Assembly: GCA_016932135.1 (NCBI GenBank)
Contig: JAFGDJ010000069.1
Coordinates: 1-36,920, forward strand
DNA from: Spirochaetales bacterium
Lineage (GTDB): Bacteria > Spirochaetota > Spirochaetia > JAFGDJ01
Length of the DNA: 36,920 bases
Direction: 5' to 3'
Shown: positions 35,096 to 36,920 of the stretch, one piece after another
How the letters are laid out: each line of letters starts with the position of its first letter
Position numbering within the stretch: position 1 is the stretch's first letter
Notes under the pieces: generated by a model
Seen by the model: the letters and a program-made list of their open reading frames with translations, nothing else
What the model was told of the DNA's origin: nothing
The model's database searches: none
Program-made: the position numbers and the translations under genes

Positions 35096-35896
35096 ATGGC
35101 ATCACCGAAGGAACAAGGTTTAAATAAAAAACTTCTGAACGGACTGACCGGAAAACCCCGCTCGGTAGCGGACCTGCTCATTCACGACCAGGAAGTCCGC
35201 TACCTGCAGGATTACGCTAATACCGTTTCCATTAAAAGACTTCACTTTAACGATCACGGCCCGGTTCATATGAGGAAGGTGGCCCTCAATACATGCCGCA
35301 TGGTCGATCTTCTCCGAAACGCAGGGATCCCCTCTTCCCTGGAACATGAAGAGGTCGGCACCTGGGAAGACAGTCTCTCAGCGATAATCCTTGCGGCCTT
35401 TCTCCATGACTGCGGCATGTCGGTGGGTCGGGAAGACCACGAGGTGTCATCCGTTATGTTAGGCTTACCCATCGCGAAACGGGTGCTCCAATCCGTCTAC
35501 CCTGAAGATCCGGAAAAGGTGGTTATTCTCACATCCCTGTTCATGGAATGCGTTCTGGGACATATGGCCGGCAGGAAAATCCACTCCCTCGAGGCGGGTA
35601 TTCTTCTTATCGCCGACGGCTGTGACATGGAGAAGGGGCGGGCTCGAATACCGATGATGATGGATACGGAATCGAGGGTGGGAGATATCCATAAATATTC
35701 GGCTAACGCCATTGAATCGGTAACCCTGTCGGCGGGTAAAACGAAACCCATCCGCATCACCGTCGTAATGAATGAATCGGTGGGGTTCTTTCAGATCGAG
35801 GAAGTTCTCCTGCAGAAGGTTAACATGAGTCCCGCCAAGGGGTATATCGAATTGGAAGCGGGGGTTACCGGGGGATCGGTAAAGCGGTATCTTTAG
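35096..35896 (+). CDS. HD-domain metal-dependent phosphohydrolase
   Basis: It carries the H...HD signature (HGPVHMRKVA ... AAFLHDCGM ... LIADGCDM). Confidence 0.75.
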   Translation: MASPKEQGLNKKLLNGLTGKPRSVADLLIHDQEVRYLQDYANTVSIKRLHFNDHGPVHMRKVALNTCRMVDLLRNAGIPSSLEHEEVGTWEDSLSAIILAAFLHDCGMSVGREDHEVSSVMLGLPIAKRVLQSVYPEDPEKVVILTSLFMECVLGHMAGRKIHSLEAGILLIADGCDMEKGRARIPMMMDTESRVGDIHKYSANAIESVTLSAGKTKPIRITVVMNESVGFFQIEEVLLQKVNMSPAKGYIELEAGVTGGSVKRYL

Positions 35897-36914
35897 ACGC
35901 TTCCAAAGCTCCTTCTGACTTTCGGAATTCCTTATACAGCATAAAAGCCGTGATAACCGCGGCCAGGGTATCCGAAACGGGGCCGGTGAGCCAGATACCC
36001 TTTAATCCCAGAAAACGGGGCAGGATCAGAAGTGCCGGCACGAGGATGAGAACCTGTCGGGACAGGCTGAGAAACATGGCCTTCTTTGCCTTGCCCAGGG
36101 CCTGAAAATAGCCGGACCCCACAATCTGGAACCCGACCACCGGCAAAGCCGATAAGAACACCCGCATCCCCTCCACTCCCATACGAAGGAGTTCCGGATC
36201 CTTCCGGTTAAAGAGACCCAGGATAGCCCTGGGGAATCCCATGATGAAGGCGAATCCCACCAGAACGACGGCGGTGGCAGCCACCGCCGCCAGCCGGACG
36301 GCCTGTCGAACGCGATGGTGAAAACCCGCGCCGTGGTTGTACCCGATGATCGGCTGTGCCCCCTGGTTAATGCCGAAAATCGGCATAAGCACCACCATGG
36401 TGACACTGTTCATAATGCCGAAAACCGATATGGCGGTATCCCCGCCGAAGGCAAGAAGTTTTGTATTGAAGAGAGCCACAATAACACTGGCAGCCAGCTG
36501 CATGGCAAAGGGGGCCATTCCCACGGCGATGATCCGTCGAATCAGAGAAGGTTTCAGCCGCATCATTTCAGGCTGTAACCGGTTGGCGGTGCGCCTGCCG
36601 AGAAAGTAGGCTAAAACCCACAGAGAAGATACTCCTTGGGCGATGATGGTGGCCAGGGCTGCTCCCCGGATTCCCAGATCGAAGACAAAGATAAACAGGG
36701 GGTCCAGGATGATATTCATGACGGCGCCGATCATCATGGTCGCCATGGCGGTTTTTGGACTTCCCTCGGCTCTGATGAAGTTATTCATTCCAAAACCGAT
36801 GGATTGCAGGGGAATCCCCAGAAGAATTATTGAAAGATACTGCTTGGCATAGGGAAGGGAGGCCTCACTGGCTCCGAAGATTCGCAACAGGGGTTCGAGA
36901 AAAAGCATCGTCAA
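35865..36914 (-). CDS. MATE-family efflux transporter. The N-terminal ~100 aa lie beyond the window end, so it is a partial gene
   Basis: It has about 9 TM helices with MATE-like blocks (GAALATIIAQGVSSLWVL; PIIGYNHGAG). The frame is open to the window edge. It is convergent with the HD gene and overlaps it by 32 bp. Confidence 0.75.
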   Translation of the reverse strand: MTMLFLEPLLRIFGASEASLPYAKQYLSIILLGIPLQSIGFGMNNFIRAEGSPKTAMATMMIGAVMNIILDPLFIFVFDLGIRGAALATIIAQGVSSLWVLAYFLGRRTANRLQPEMMRLKPSLIRRIIAVGMAPFAMQLAASVIVALFNTKLLAFGGDTAISVFGIMNSVTMVVLMPIFGINQGAQPIIGYNHGAGFHHRVRQAVRLAAVAATAVVLVGFAFIMGFPRAILGLFNRKDPELLRMGVEGMRVFLSALPVVGFQIVGSGYFQALGKAKKAMFLSLSRQVLILVPALLILPRFLGLKGIWLTGPVSDTLAAVITAFMLYKEFRKSEGALEASKDTALPIPR

Positions 36915-36920
36915 GACTGA

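Overview
This is a 36.9 kb bacterial chromosomal window with high GC content (roughly 55-60% by eye) and densely packed genes on both strands; its codon usage is rich in CCC/GGG/CGG. I found no rRNA, tRNA or CRISPR array. Many long 'antisense' ORFs in the six-frame track are artefacts of the high GC content.

The first 19.8 kb looks like core or housekeeping DNA. It holds an unknown protein coupled to a GNAT acetyltransferase, an alpha/beta hydrolase, glycogen phosphorylase, a small secreted Gly-rich protein, a GntR(YtrA-like) regulator overlapping an SPFH/stomatin membrane protein, D-Ala-D-Ala ligase, a nitroreductase, a 716-aa polytopic membrane protein, a secreted HEAT-repeat protein, DNA polymerase IV, a TPR-like exported protein, an AEC transporter, a PEGA/beta-propeller exported protein and a CocE/NonD hydrolase.

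The second half is the most interesting part. A seven-gene, co-directional minus-strand block with overlapping stop/start codons spans 19878-29082. It contains a GlpA-like FAD dehydrogenase with a C-terminal BFD-type 2Fe-2S domain, a Pyr_redox FAD/NAD(P) oxidoreductase and a DUF1667 Cys-rich protein. After a 167-bp AT-rich gap it continues with a NuoE-like protein, a NuoF/HydB-like protein, a 1073-aa mosaic Fe-S flavoprotein (an NfnB/GltD module inside a NuoG/HydA-like scaffold with no H-cluster, resembling StnC) and a ferritin-like protein. I read this as a candidate flavin-based electron-(con)furcating module sitting next to, and possibly fused with, a clostridial-type glycerol-3-phosphate dehydrogenase. 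Glycerol kinase lies about 4 kb away. It is separated from the block by a low-GC island (~29.1-33.2 kb) carrying a RAYT/IS200-like transposase, an MMPL/RND exporter and a PlsC-type acyltransferase.

A GC-rich 11-mer, GGGGACGGAGG, occurs at least 16 times. Almost all copies lie between 18.9 and 34.0 kb, usually on the coding strand and in frame as Gly-Thr-Glu. This includes copies inside the low-GC island, which points to a DNA- or RNA-level signal rather than codon-usage chance.
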